Shown: positions 40,227 to 50,498, counted from the stretch's first letter. The stretch is 64,000 bases of DNA from an uncultured Planctomycetota bacterium (GCA_963841915.1 CAWJEN010000005.1:64001-128000); one strand, 5' to 3'. Translations and numbers: made by a program. The notes: generated by a model from the sequence alone, not told the origin.

Positions 40227-41384
40227 TTACGCAAGTGCAAGCAGATCAGTCGCCACCCGATCGGCAGCATCAACATAAGCAACGTCGGCCGCAGCCTCCC
40301 GCATGGCGTCGCGCCGGTCTGAATCGTACAGCAACGCCTCGAGAATCGGCTTGAGTGCCGCAGCGTTGGCCGCCTTCTCACGCCGATCATCGAGCAGCAC
40401 CGCTGCGCCGGCGTCGGCCAGCACCTTGCCGTTGACGGCCTGGTGCATGTCCTTATGGAACGGGTACGGCATGAGAATCGACGGCACACCGAAGGCGGCA
40501 AGCTCGGCGCAACTGCCCGCGCCGCTGCGGCTGATCGCAAGGTCCGCCGCCGCCCAAACGTCGCCCATCGACGGGGTGAAGTCGATGACGCTCGCCCGGC
40601 CGTTGAGGTCCAGATCCCGCCACGCCGCCTTAACCTCTTCTGCGTGTTCGCGACCGGCCAGATGCAGTACCTGCCAACCCTGCAACGCCTTGTCCGACGG
40701 CTTGAGCAAGTCGGTCACAACGGCAATGACGGCCTCGTTGATCGTCTGAGCACCTTGGCTGGCACCGGTGATGACAAGCGTGCTGAGCCGCGGATCAAGG
40801 CCGAGTCGCTTGGCCGCCTCGGCCCGATCGACCGGTGGACGAGCATTCTTGCGGAGCGGGCAACCTGTCACCAGGCATCGCTCGCGATGCTCGGCAGGCA
40901 CGTGCTCCAGCGTCGCCTCGTAACCGGCATAAACCCGGCGGCAGCTAGGCATGAGGTACAGGTTGGCCCGACCGGGCACAACGTCGGGGTTCAGGATCGC
41001 AGCCGGGATGCCGCGTTTGCCCGCGACCTTGACGGCCACGCCCGCCGCGTAGCCGCCGAGCCCTAAAACCGCGGCGGGTTGCCGCTCATCGAGGAGGCGT
41101 TTGACGAGGTCGTTCGTCGCCCGCCAAGCCTGCCAAAAGCGGAGGATGCCACCGACGCTCTTGCGTGGCGGCACGATGGGTTGCGGCACATACTCGACGC
41201 CCGTCGGCTCGAGGATCACACGATCGATCTCGCGGTCCGTACACAGAAACAGCGGCTTGACGTCCGGCCGCTGCGCGACGAGCGCCTCTGCCACAGCAAG
41301 CCCTGGATAGAGGTGCCCGCCGCTCCCGCCGCCGGCAAGGACGATGGTCGCCCCTTCTGGAATGTGCTGTTCGGAGGCGTCCAA
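40227..41384 (-). CDS. murG: Lipid II GlcNAc transferase MurG
   Basis: AGGGSGGHLYP, GLGGY, GASQGA, SRSGAG, PYP..HQ..N. Confidence 0.93.
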   Translation of the reverse strand: MDASEQHIPEGATIVLAGGGSGGHLYPGLAVAEALVAQRPDVKPLFLCTDREIDRVILEPTGVEYVPQPIVPPRKSVGGILRFWQAWRATNDLVKRLLDERQPAAVLGLGGYAAGVAVKVAGKRGIPAAILNPDVVPGRANLYLMPSCRRVYAGYEATLEHVPAEHRERCLVTGCPLRKNARPPVDRAEAAKRLGLDPRLSTLVITGASQGAQTINEAVIAVVTDLLKPSDKALQGWQVLHLAGREHAEEVKAAWRDLDLNGRASVIDFTPSMGDVWAAADLAISRSGAGSCAELAAFGVPSILMPYPFHKDMHQAVNGKVLADAGAAVLLDDRREKAANAAALKPILEALLYDSDRRDAMREAAADVAYVDAADRVATDLLALA

Positions 41385-41415
41385 GGCTGGAGCGAAGCAG
41401 GTCTACGGCTCCAGG

Positions 41416-42639
41416 TCAATCCTCTGCTGCGACTTCGTCAGGCTCTGGCTTCTTCTTGTCTTCACGCAGCAGTTGCTCCCACGCGCCGTCGGGTTGCTGC
41501 TGGTGCCTGCCGCCGCGGGCGACGCTGTAGACGAGCCCGAGCATCGCAGCCGTCGTGATGAGGCCGCTGCCACCTGCACTGACGAGCGGGAGTGCAATCC
41601 CCTTCGTCGGGACGCTGGCGGTGGCGACGGCGACGTTGATGCTCGCCTGGAGTCCGATGGTGACGACGACGCCGTACGCCAGCAGGCGACCGAACGGGTC
41701 TTCGCTTTTGCGGGCGGCCGCGTAACCGACGCCCAGCAGCGTGAGGTAAGCCAGTGCCAGCAGGCCGGCCCCGAAGATGCCAAGCTCTTCACTGACAACG
41801 GCAAAGATGAAGTCGGTCGTGTCTTCAGGCAGGTAGCCGAGCTTTTGCACGCCGTTGCCGAGACCGCGACCCATCCAACCGCCACCTGCGAAGCTGTAGA
41901 GACTTTGGATGACGTGGTAGCCGTCGGTTTCGGGGGCGGCCCACGGGTCGAGGAACGCGATGATCCGGCGCCAGCGATACGGCTCGCTGTAGACGAAGTA
42001 GAACGCAGCTGACAGTGCCGGGATGCCCGACAGGACGAGCCACCGTGTGCGGACCGGGCCGACGAGGAAGAGGCAGAACGCGGCACTGCCGATGAGGGCG
42101 GCCGTGCCGAAGTCTTGAATGACGACGAGCAGGCAGAGCATGCCTGCCGCCGCGGCCGTGGGCAGGAAGCCGCGGGCGAGCGTGAACGGCGTGGGCCGGC
42201 TCAGCCGCCAAGCGAGCAGCATCACGACGCCCCACTTGGCAAGTTCGCTCGGCTGCACCGTGACCGGGCCGATCCGAAGCCATCGGCGGGCCCCATTGAC
42301 CTCGGCCCCGATGCCTGGGACGAGCACGGCGACGCAGGCCAACCCGGCAAGCACAGCGAACCAGACGGCCGGTGATCGAGTGGCGGTCGTGCCGACGAGT
42401 CTGCGGTAGTCGAGGCGGCTGACGGTCATGAACGTCAGGAACGCCAGCGTCGCGTAAAGCGCGTGCTTTGTGGCGCGGCTTCCCCAGTCGATGAGCGGAA
42501 TCTGGCCACCGTCGAGCAGCGTGCCACCGGCCACGTCGACCGCTGCCGACTGAACCATGAGCGCGCCCAAGCCCAGCAGGCCAAGCACACAGACGGCCAG
42601 CAGGTCACGCTCACGAAGGCGGTAAATCGAATCGGGCAC
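41416..42639 (-). CDS. ftsW: SEDS peptidoglycan polymerase FtsW
   Basis: NGARRW, QPSELAK, LPEDTTDFIF, EELG, PTKGIALP. Confidence 0.92.
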   Translation of the reverse strand: MPDSIYRLRERDLLAVCVLGLLGLGALMVQSAAVDVAGGTLLDGGQIPLIDWGSRATKHALYATLAFLTFMTVSRLDYRRLVGTTATRSPAVWFAVLAGLACVAVLVPGIGAEVNGARRWLRIGPVTVQPSELAKWGVVMLLAWRLSRPTPFTLARGFLPTAAAAGMLCLLVVIQDFGTAALIGSAAFCLFLVGPVRTRWLVLSGIPALSAAFYFVYSEPYRWRRIIAFLDPWAAPETDGYHVIQSLYSFAGGGWMGRGLGNGVQKLGYLPEDTTDFIFAVVSEELGIFGAGLLALAYLTLLGVGYAAARKSEDPFGRLLAYGVVVTIGLQASINVAVATASVPTKGIALPLVSAGGSGLITTAAMLGLVYSVARGGRHQQQPDGAWEQLLREDKKKPEPDEVAAED

Positions 42640-42687
42640 GCTTTACCGACTATCGGACGTTAAGCGCTCAGGGCTGCAGGATGCTTG

Positions 42688-43830
42688 CTAACGCAGCTTT
42701 ACCGTCGCCAACGCTGCCGCGGCGAGGACGGCACCGATGAGCCAGAACCGGACGACGATTTGCGTTTCGCTCCAGCCGACCTTCTGGAAGTGGTGGTGAA
42801 TCGGGGCCATGAGGAACAGCTTCTTGCCTTGGCCGTGGCGGATGCGGTGGTACTTGAAGTAGTACTTCTGCATGCGGGACGAAGCGGCCTCGACGACGAA
42901 GACGCCACCGACGATCGCGAGCAACAGTTCCTGTCGGATGGCTAATGCGACGAACGCGAGAAGGCCGCCCAGGGCGAGGCTGCCGGTGTCGCCCATGAAG
43001 ACGCTGGCCGGGTGGCAGTTGAACCACAGGAAGCCGAGCGACGCACCGAGGATCGCGCCGCACACGACGGCCAGCGGGCCGACGCCGGCGATGTGGTGGA
43101 ACAGCAGATCGCGTGCCAGGCCGCCGTCACTGATGATGAGCGTCATCACGAGCAGCACGATCGCGACGAGTGCGACGCACCCACTGGCCAGGCCGTCGAG
43201 GCCGTCCGTGAGATTGACGGCGTTTGTGCAACCCACGATGACGAGGCCGCTCCAGATGACAAAGAGCCACAAAGGCAAGTCGATCGAGAACCCTTTGAGG
43301 AACGGCACGAAGAGCTGCGTGCCGGCGGGCGTGTGGAGGCCGTGTTTCCACAGAAAATAGCCGAGAATGAAGGCTAGACCGAACTGGAGTAGCAGCTTCT
43401 CCCGCTCTTTGAGCCCGTCGCGACCGGCGGCACGGCTTTCGGCATTGAGCTTGAGCCAGTCGTCAACGGCCCCGATGCCGCCGAGCCAGAGCAGGCACAC
43501 GAGCGACATCTGGACGTAGAAGTTGCCGATGTCCGCGAGCAGCAGCGTGACACCTGTGATGGCGGCGACGATGAGCAGCCCACCCATCGTCGGCGTGTTT
43601 CGCTTGTCGGCCATCGCTGCATTCATGGCCGCGTCGTCGAAGTCGGGGTTGTCGCCGATCTTGCGTCGCTTGAGCCACCGAATTGTCGGCCCGCCCAGCG
43701 CGAGCACGAGCACGAACGCCAGCAGCGTGGCGAGCATGGCTGTGAACGTTGTGAACGTGAAGACGCGCAGAAAGTCGAACGGCGACGCCTCCAGCGGGTC
43801 GGCAAAGAGAATGTACAGGCGGTGCAGCAC
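42688..43830 (-). CDS. mraY: Phospho-MurNAc-pentapeptide transferase
   Basis: TPTMGG, NAVNLTDGLDGLA, FMGDTGS, MAPIHHHF. Confidence 0.95.
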   Translation of the reverse strand: MLHRLYILFADPLEASPFDFLRVFTFTTFTAMLATLLAFVLVLALGGPTIRWLKRRKIGDNPDFDDAAMNAAMADKRNTPTMGGLLIVAAITGVTLLLADIGNFYVQMSLVCLLWLGGIGAVDDWLKLNAESRAAGRDGLKEREKLLLQFGLAFILGYFLWKHGLHTPAGTQLFVPFLKGFSIDLPLWLFVIWSGLVIVGCTNAVNLTDGLDGLASGCVALVAIVLLVMTLIISDGGLARDLLFHHIAGVGPLAVVCGAILGASLGFLWFNCHPASVFMGDTGSLALGGLLAFVALAIRQELLLAIVGGVFVVEAASSRMQKYYFKYHRIRHGQGKKLFLMAPIHHHFQKVGWSETQIVVRFWLIGAVLAAAALATVKLR

Positions 43831-43833
43831 AGT

Positions 43834-45132
43834 TCAGCGCGTAAGGGCATCGACGACGCGCTCGAGCTGCGTGCCGCGAGAAGCCTTGAGGTATACGAGA
43901 TCGTTCGGTTTAAGAATTTGAGCCATGTGCGCGGCTGCATCCGCGCTGTTGTCAAATGCGATGTCGCACCCTTTGCAGTCGGCTGTGAGCGGGCCGACAC
44001 CGATGATCATGTCGCCTGCTCTGGCCGCAGCTTGAACGGCCTCGTCATGCAGTCTGGCGGCATCGTCGCCGAGCTCGAGCATGTCGCCCAGGACGACAAC
44101 GCGACGGCCGTCACACGGCAGTGACTTGAGCAACATCAGGCCGGCTGCGACGCTCTCCGGGTTGGCGTTGTACGTGTCATCAATGATCGTCACACCGCCG
44201 ACGCTTCGAAGATTGAGCCGCTTGTCCGGCACGTCGGCCGACGCCAAACCGGCGGCGATTGCGTCATCATCGAGGCCCAGGTGACGCCCGACCAGGATGG
44301 CCGCTACGGCATTGACGGCCGAATGGGTGCCAAGCTGCGTCACGTGCCAAGGGCGGCTGTCGTAGGTGAAAGCTGTGCCCGTCGCTGTCACGTCGACGTC
44401 GCTCACATCGGCGGACGTGTAAGGCAAGAAGGCCCGGCGAGTTTTGCACAATTCGATAAACGGCTCGTCGTCGCCGTTGATGATGAGCGTCGGGACGCCC
44501 GCGATGATGTTCAGGTTCTCGCGGCGAACGCCGTCGAGGTCGGCAAGGCCTTCAAGATGTTCGTGGCCGATGGACGTCACGACAGCCACGTCGGGTAAGG
44601 CGATTTCCCGCAGGCGGGCAATTTCACCCGGATGATTCGTGCCACACTCGACGATGACGTAGTCATCACCCGCGTCGGCGTTGAGCAGTGTGAGCGGCAC
44701 GCCGATGTCGTTGTTGAAGCTCGCCGGGCTGGCCGTTCCCTTCAGCCGCGTCCGAAGCACGCCATTGATGAGCAACTTCGTGCCCGTCTTGCCGTTGCTA
44801 CCGGCGACGGCGATGACTGTGCCTCCAAGCGTCTGCCGATGCGCCGCCGCTAAGGCGCCAAGTGCACGCCGTGTGTCGGCCACGATGATCTGCGGAACGT
44901 CAAGCTCGACCTGGCGTTCAACAATGACAGCGCTGGCCGTGTCTGCGTCGCGGATCTTGTCGTGGGCGTCGAATCGGTCACCGCGCAAGGCGACGAAGAG
45001 GTCGCCTGGCGTCAGCTTGCGGGTGTCGGTCGACACGCGTGACACGCTCACACCCTTGCAGCCGACAAGTCGGCGGCCGACAAGTCGGCCGCCGACTGCC
45101 GCTGCGATGGTGTCGAGCGTCATCTCGGTCAT
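43834..45132 (-). CDS. murF: UDP-MurNAc-tripeptide:D-Ala-D-Ala ligase
   Basis: STDTR, GSNGKT, FNNDIGVPLT, DDTYNANPES, GDMLELG, KASRG. Confidence 0.93.
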   Translation of the reverse strand: MTEMTLDTIAAAVGGRLVGRRLVGCKGVSVSRVSTDTRKLTPGDLFVALRGDRFDAHDKIRDADTASAVIVERQVELDVPQIIVADTRRALGALAAAHRQTLGGTVIAVAGSNGKTGTKLLINGVLRTRLKGTASPASFNNDIGVPLTLLNADAGDDYVIVECGTNHPGEIARLREIALPDVAVVTSIGHEHLEGLADLDGVRRENLNIIAGVPTLIINGDDEPFIELCKTRRAFLPYTSADVSDVDVTATGTAFTYDSRPWHVTQLGTHSAVNAVAAILVGRHLGLDDDAIAAGLASADVPDKRLNLRSVGGVTIIDDTYNANPESVAAGLMLLKSLPCDGRRVVVLGDMLELGDDAARLHDEAVQAAARAGDMIIGVGPLTADCKGCDIAFDNSADAAAHMAQILKPNDLVYLKASRGTQLERVVDALTR

Positions 45133-45135
45133 CAG

Positions 45136-46620
45136 CTACGCCCCGACAGACGTCATCTTCAGCGCGCGGCGACACTCGACGGCATCATCGAAGCTCAGCC
45201 GCTCGGTGCCGACGATCTGGTAATCCTCGTGCCCCTTGCCGGCGATGAGCACGATGTCGCCGTCGCGTGCGTCGGCCAGCGCTCGCACGATCGCCGCCCG
45301 TCGATCCGGCTCTGCCGTCACCGCCGACGCGTCGGCGAAGCCGGCCAGCACGTCGTCGATGATGGCTGTCGGCGCTTCTGTTCGAGGGTTGTCGCTCGTG
45401 ACGATGACGTCGTCGGCCAACCGCTCGGCGACGGCTGCCATGCGGGGCCGTTTGCTCTTGTCTCGATCACCACCGCACCCGAAGACGACGCGAAGCCGCC
45501 CGCGTGTCACCGGCCGAAGTGCCCGCAGCACGTTGTCGAGCGCGTCGTCCGTGTGTGCGTAATCAACGAAGACGGCGAAGTCACCCGCGTCGTGATCAAC
45601 CCGCTCGAGTCGCCCGGGCGCAGCAGGCGCGTCGGCAAGTGCGGCCGACAGTGCGGCGGCGTCAAGTTCGTACACCTCGCCGATCAATGCTGCGGCGCAG
45701 AGAGCATTCTCGACATTGTGGCGGCCGACGAGCTTCATCGTGACGTCTGCCTCGCCACGCGGCGTGGCAAGACGGAACGTTGTCGACTCGGCGGTCACGG
45801 CCAGGTCGCCCGCGTGGTAATCGAGTCCATTCGCCTCGCCGCCGACACCGAAACCGACCACGCGGCCGTTCGTGTTCTTGATGATCGCGTCGCTCCACGG
45901 ATCACGACGGTTCACCACCGCCGGCGTGCCGACCGGCAGGTCGTCGAACAGCTTCGCCTTTGCTGCGGCATAAGCTTCCATCGTGCCGTGGTAATCAAGG
46001 TGATCGCCCGTCAGATTCGTGAAGCCCGCCCCGGCGAACGTGACGCCGCTCGAGCGGCCTTGATCAAGGGCGTGACTGCTGACCTCCATCGCGACTGCCT
46101 TGCAGCCTTTGTCCCGCATCGTCGCGAGCATTTCGGCCAGCTGCACCGGGCCGGGCGTCGTCATGTCAGCCACCCGCCGCCGAATGCCGTCGTCGATCAC
46201 GCAGGTGCCGATGAGCCCGCAGCGTTGTTGTGCGAAGGCGGCGAGATGGCGGAGCAGGAAAGCCGTCGTCGTCTTGCCATTGGTGCCGGTGACGCCGAGC
46301 ACTTGCATGTGCCGCGACGGGTCGCGGGCCAGTCGGTTGGCAAGGATGCTCGCTAGACGACCGGCATCGTTGACGACGATCGTCGGTAGCGGCGAACGGT
46401 CGATCGGACCGTCGGCGAGCACCGCGACCGCGCCGGCCCGCTGTGCGTCAGCGACAAAGCGTTTGCCATCGAAACCGCCGCCAGCGTGGGGGGAGCGGGC
46501 GATAAAAAGATCGCCGGTCGATACGCGGCGACTGTCTTCCTGGACCCCGTGGACCTCGATCGTCGGCAACGTTTGTGCCGCCACGTCGGGCAAGTCTGCC
46601 AGTAGTTCGCTGAGCTGCAT
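45136..46620 (-). CDS. murE: UDP-MurNAc-dipeptide:meso-DAP ligase
   Basis: TGTNGKTT, MEVSSHAL, DYAHT, GCGGDRD, DNPR (DAP-type), GKGHEDYQ. Confidence 0.95.
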   Translation of the reverse strand: MQLSELLADLPDVAAQTLPTIEVHGVQEDSRRVSTGDLFIARSPHAGGGFDGKRFVADAQRAGAVAVLADGPIDRSPLPTIVVNDAGRLASILANRLARDPSRHMQVLGVTGTNGKTTTAFLLRHLAAFAQQRCGLIGTCVIDDGIRRRVADMTTPGPVQLAEMLATMRDKGCKAVAMEVSSHALDQGRSSGVTFAGAGFTNLTGDHLDYHGTMEAYAAAKAKLFDDLPVGTPAVVNRRDPWSDAIIKNTNGRVVGFGVGGEANGLDYHAGDLAVTAESTTFRLATPRGEADVTMKLVGRHNVENALCAAALIGEVYELDAAALSAALADAPAAPGRLERVDHDAGDFAVFVDYAHTDDALDNVLRALRPVTRGRLRVVFGCGGDRDKSKRPRMAAVAERLADDVIVTSDNPRTEAPTAIIDDVLAGFADASAVTAEPDRRAAIVRALADARDGDIVLIAGKGHEDYQIVGTERLSFDDAVECRRALKMTSVGA

Positions 46621-46778
46621 CACGCCTCCGCGTGCAAGGAGAAAGGCTTTCTGCGTCTTGTCTTCCGTGTCAAGACGACTGCATGATACCGCCGGCCGAC
46701 GTGTGTCACAACCAAACCGCCGAGCGATGCTCGAGAGCAGCTCGTTCAGCGGCAGCGTTGGCTCGACCTGCTGCATCC

Positions 46779-46894
46779 GGTGCCACTGATCGACCACCTT
46801 CTGAGGTGGTCGATCAGTGGCGGAGCTTGCGTCGGCGAGTTCAACGTCACAGACACTGGTTGCCCACCTCAGAAGGTGGTCAATCAGTGGCACC
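46779..46894. repeat. REP-like inverted doublet (41-bp palindromic units, 37/41 identical)
   Basis: ggtgccactgatcgaccaccttctgaggtggtcgatcagtg and its inverted copy at 46854-46894. Confidence 0.8.
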
Positions 46895-47044
46895 AGAAAC
46901 GTTGGACATATGAGAGCGATAGACGCTACAGCTGACGGCGGTCCGCTCTAGTCGAAGTCGTCCTCGTCCTGATTCGCCGCGGCGTAGACGAGCAGCGCCA
47001 CGCCACCGACGACGAGGGTCACAATGCAAAAGGATCTGCCAATC

Positions 47045-47635
47045 CTAGAGCGTGCCCTTCGTACTCGGCACACCGTCCTGCCGCGGATCAGACTCAACGG
47101 CCATCCGCAACGCGCGCCCGAACCCCTTGAAGCAGGCCTCCGCAACGTGGTGCAGATTGCCGCCGGCGATGACGTCGATGTGGAGCGTCAGCTTGGCTTC
47201 GCTCGACACCGCCCGCATGAATTCGGCGACGAGTTCTGCGGGAAACGTGCCGATGGTCGCCGTTTGCGGCAGGCCAAGGTCGCCGCGGTAGAGCGGGCGG
47301 CCGCTGAAATCGAGCGCGACGGCGGCGAGCACTTCGTCCATTGGTAGCCGCACGTCGCCGTAACGCCGTGTGCCCCTCTTGTCGCCGATCGCTTCTCGAA
47401 GCGCTTGCCCGAGGGCCAAACCGACATCTTCGACGGTGTGGTGGGCGTCGACCTCCAGGTCGCCGATGGCCTTTACGTCGAGATCGAGCATCGCATGACG
47501 GCCGAGCAGCGTCAGCATGTGGTCGAAGAAGCCAACGCCGGTAGCTACGGCGACCCTCCCGTTGCCGTCAAGGTCGACGTTCAGCGTGATGTCGGTCTCA
47601 GCGGTCTTTCGCGTTACGGTCGCGGTACGAGGCAT
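47045..47635 (-). CDS. hisB: Imidazoleglycerol-phosphate dehydratase
   Basis: RKTAET, FFDHML, DAHHTVED, PMDE, NLHHVAEA, PSTKG. Confidence 0.96.
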   Translation of the reverse strand: MPRTATVTRKTAETDITLNVDLDGNGRVAVATGVGFFDHMLTLLGRHAMLDLDVKAIGDLEVDAHHTVEDVGLALGQALREAIGDKRGTRRYGDVRLPMDEVLAAVALDFSGRPLYRGDLGLPQTATIGTFPAELVAEFMRAVSSEAKLTLHIDVIAGGNLHHVAEACFKGFGRALRMAVESDPRQDGVPSTKGTL

Positions 47636-47663
47636 GGGCGAGACTACGCGCTAAAGAGCGTTC

Positions 47664-47696
47664 CCCGAGCCGCGGTCCGTGGCACCGCGGCTCGGG
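47664..47696. repeat. Single REP-like palindrome related to the 20946 family
   Basis: cccgagccgcggt-ccgtggc-accgcggctcggg. Confidence 0.65.
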
Positions 47697-47698
47697 AA

Positions 47699-48748
47699 TT
47701 ACTTTTTCAACAACGTGAACAACTTTTCGAGGAGTGCCTCGTTCTCCGCGGCGGTGCCGACGGTGATGCGGAGGTACTCGCTCAAATCTGGCTCATCCCA
47801 GTGGCGGACGAAGATACCGGCCTTCTTCAGCTCGCGGTACAAGCGCGGCGAGTCGGCGTGGCGGGCGAAGACAAAGTTCGCTTGGCTCGGCAAAACGTCG
47901 AAGCCGGCTGCTTCAACCGCTGACGCCAGCTGCTCACGTCGCGTGCAAACCCCGGCCCGCTCCGACTTGTAATACGCTGCCTCCGTCATCGCCGCCAGGC
48001 CTATAGCCTGTGCGACGGCATCGACATTGTAGCTGTCGCGGACCTTGTCCATCTGCTCGATCATCGCCGGGGCCGCGAGGACGTAGCCCAAGCGAACTCC
48101 GGCCAGTGCAAATCCCTTCGAGAAAGAGCGGGAAATCGCGACGTTCGCATGCTGTGATAAGAGGGACACGCAGTCGGTCTTCGCGTAATCGGCATAAGCC
48201 TCGTCGATCAGCAACAGGCGATTGTCGAGCCGTTTGGCGAGGTGGCCGATCTCTGACGGCTCGATGAACGTGCCACTTGGGGCGTTCGGGTTCACGACGA
48301 ACGTCGCGTCGGCCGCGGCGTGAACCAAGTTGTCCGCCGGCAGTTGCCAACCGTCCGCCCAATCGACCTGCACCGGCGTCGCCCCCTGAATCTGCGTCAG
48401 CGTCGGGTACAGCGAGTATGTCGGCCACGGGTACGCCACACGGCCGCCGCTCGGCACGTAGGTCCGCAGCAGGATCGTCAGAATGTCGTCGCTGCCGTTG
48501 CCGATGAGCACGTGGTCCGGCGTCAGGCCGTGCCGCTCGGCGATGACCTCGCGCAGCTTCGTCGCCCGTGGATCGGGATACTTGCGCAGCGAATCGGCCG
48601 AAACCTGCGCGGCCGCGACCACACTCGGCGGCGGGTCGAAGCTGGCTTCGTTCGTGTTGAGCTTGACGACGCGCATGCCCACCGCCGGCTGCTCGCCGGG
48701 GGCGTAACCGATCAGGTCAGTTATCTCTTGGCGGGGCTGTGGCATCAC
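47699..48748 (-). CDS. hisC: Histidinol-phosphate aminotransferase
   Basis: YAPGEQP, KLNTNE, GNGSDD, NPNAPSG, IDEAY, SFSKGFALAGVRLG. Confidence 0.94.
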   Translation of the reverse strand: MMPQPRQEITDLIGYAPGEQPAVGMRVVKLNTNEASFDPPPSVVAAAQVSADSLRKYPDPRATKLREVIAERHGLTPDHVLIGNGSDDILTILLRTYVPSGGRVAYPWPTYSLYPTLTQIQGATPVQVDWADGWQLPADNLVHAAADATFVVNPNAPSGTFIEPSEIGHLAKRLDNRLLLIDEAYADYAKTDCVSLLSQHANVAISRSFSKGFALAGVRLGYVLAAPAMIEQMDKVRDSYNVDAVAQAIGLAAMTEAAYYKSERAGVCTRREQLASAVEAAGFDVLPSQANFVFARHADSPRLYRELKKAGIFVRHWDEPDLSEYLRITVGTAAENEALLEKLFTLLKK

Positions 48749-49900
48749 TTAGGCCATTGCCGCCGCAAGCGACTTCTGGGCCGCCGCGACGCCGACGCCG
48801 GGTTCGATCTTGACACCCAGCTTCGCCAGCGCCATCTCCGTCGCGGAAACGACGGCAATCGCTTCAAACACGTCCGTGTACCCCATGTGGTTCACGCGGA
48901 ACAGGTTGCCCTTCATGCTCGCCTGACCTGCGGCGACGTTCATGCCGAACTGCTTCTTCATGGTCGAGCGGAATGCGTCGTCGACGCCCTCGGGGTAGTT
49001 GATGGCCGTCACGCTGTCGGCCGGCATCTGGCTGAAGAGCGTCAGACCCATCGCCTGCATGCCCGCCCGCACCGCGTCGGCGTGGGCCCTGGTCCGCTTC
49101 CAGACGGTCTCGACGCCCTCGTCCGTGATCATCTTGAGCGACACCGCCAGTGCGTGGATGAGCGTGTTCGCCGGCGTGAACGGCGTGTCGCTGTCCGCCG
49201 CCGACTTCTTGTACTTGCGCAGGTCGAGGTAGAACGGATTCTGCCCCCCCATGCCCTTGTTCGCCTCGGCCGCCTTCCACGCCCGCTCGCTCAGGCTCAC
49301 AAACCCCAGGCCCGGCGGCAGCATCAGCGCCTTCTGGCTGCCCGTCACGGCCACGTCGATGTCCCACGCGTCCATCTCGAACGGCATCGCCCCGATGGCC
49401 GTGATGCCGTCGACGATGAGCAACGCGTTTGGATTCTTCTCGCGGACGACCCTCGCCACGCCCGCCATGTCGCAGGCGGTGGCGGTGCTAGTCTCGCTGT
49501 GCGTGACGATGACCGCGTCGTACGTCTGGTCGTCAAGCTCCTTGCTCATTGACTCGGGCGTGACGTGCGTGCCGTACTCGAGCTCGCGATCGGTCACGTC
49601 GATGCCGAACTTCTTGCACTGCTGGCCCCAGCGTTCGCCGAACTTGCCGCAGTTGATGTTGAGCACCTTCTGACCGGGCGCGACGCAGGTGAGCAGTCCG
49701 GCTTCGAAGGCCGCGGTGCCGCTGCCGGTGACGATGAGCACGTCCTGCTTCGTGCGGAAGACCGCTTTTAGCCCTTCCTGCACCGCCGCAAACGCCGCCC
49801 TGAACTCGGGCGTGCGGTGGTGGACAATGGGCTTGGCGAGCTCGAGGAGCGTCTCGGGCGGAACGGAAGTCGGGCCGGGCGTGAAGAGGCGGTGGATCAT
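48749..49900 (-). CDS. Class V PLP aminotransferase (serine-pyruvate/alanine-glyoxylate family)
   Basis: LFTPGPT, HSETST, VDGIT, GSQKALMLPPG. Confidence 0.9.
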   Translation of the reverse strand: MIHRLFTPGPTSVPPETLLELAKPIVHHRTPEFRAAFAAVQEGLKAVFRTKQDVLIVTGSGTAAFEAGLLTCVAPGQKVLNINCGKFGERWGQQCKKFGIDVTDRELEYGTHVTPESMSKELDDQTYDAVIVTHSETSTATACDMAGVARVVREKNPNALLIVDGITAIGAMPFEMDAWDIDVAVTGSQKALMLPPGLGFVSLSERAWKAAEANKGMGGQNPFYLDLRKYKKSAADSDTPFTPANTLIHALAVSLKMITDEGVETVWKRTRAHADAVRAGMQAMGLTLFSQMPADSVTAINYPEGVDDAFRSTMKKQFGMNVAAGQASMKGNLFRVNHMGYTDVFEAIAVVSATEMALAKLGVKIEPGVGVAAAQKSLAAAMA

Positions 49901-49952
49901 GGTGCTGAAAGGTCGGGCGGCACGATAGTCGCCAAGCTTGCCGGCTCAGCCT

Positions 49953-50498
49953 TCATTTGTTGAACATCTTGACGATCTCCGGCCACCGCTCTTTTCCACC
50001 TTCGGCAGCAACCCAGCGCCGCACCTCATCGAGATCAATCTCATCAGCTTCGGCAACAACGTAAGCTGCCTGATGCAGAGCCTGCTGGTCGTGCCAATGT
50101 AGATGTGCGGCGAGGCGATCTTTTACACAATCTGTGGGCGTCAGAAGTCTCAATACGCCGGTCGACGTCACACGCTCGGCGGTCTCACGAACACGTTGGT
50201 TTCCAACCATCAGCGGCGGAGAAGGGAACTCGACGTGAAAGTCGTGATCCGTATGGTGGTAGTGACGGTAACGCGGATTTGATTTAGCAAAGCCGATCTT
50301 CTGCAAAGCGGCAGAGACTTGTTTGCTTGTGACTGCTTCTTCGGTAATAAAGTCGAGGTCGCTCGACACGTATCGGCCGCGGCTCCAGATCGCAGCACAC
50401 CCGCCGCCGCTCAGCGTGACGCGGATACCGCTTTTGGACAAGGTCTCGCAGATGAAGGCGGCAAGCTCCTCAACCGTCATCTGGTCGACACCCTTCAT
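49953..50498 (-). CDS. Putative minimal nucleotidyltransferase (AbiEii-like fold)
   Basis: VTLSGGGCAAIW...SSDLDFI (GG...DxD); PTDCVKDRL. Confidence 0.6.
   Translation of the reverse strand: MKGVDQMTVEELAAFICETLSKSGIRVTLSGGGCAAIWSRGRYVSSDLDFITEEAVTSKQVSAALQKIGFAKSNPRYRHYHHTDHDFHVEFPSPPLMVGNQRVRETAERVTSTGVLRLLTPTDCVKDRLAAHLHWHDQQALHQAAYVVAEADEIDLDEVRRWVAAEGGKERWPEIVKMFNK

Noticed and set aside
46948..47022. Possible ~24-aa membrane peptide (VTLVVGGVALLVYAAANQDEDDFD) after hisB
   Set aside because: Peptide-like but no convincing start or RBS; cannot be supported without homologs
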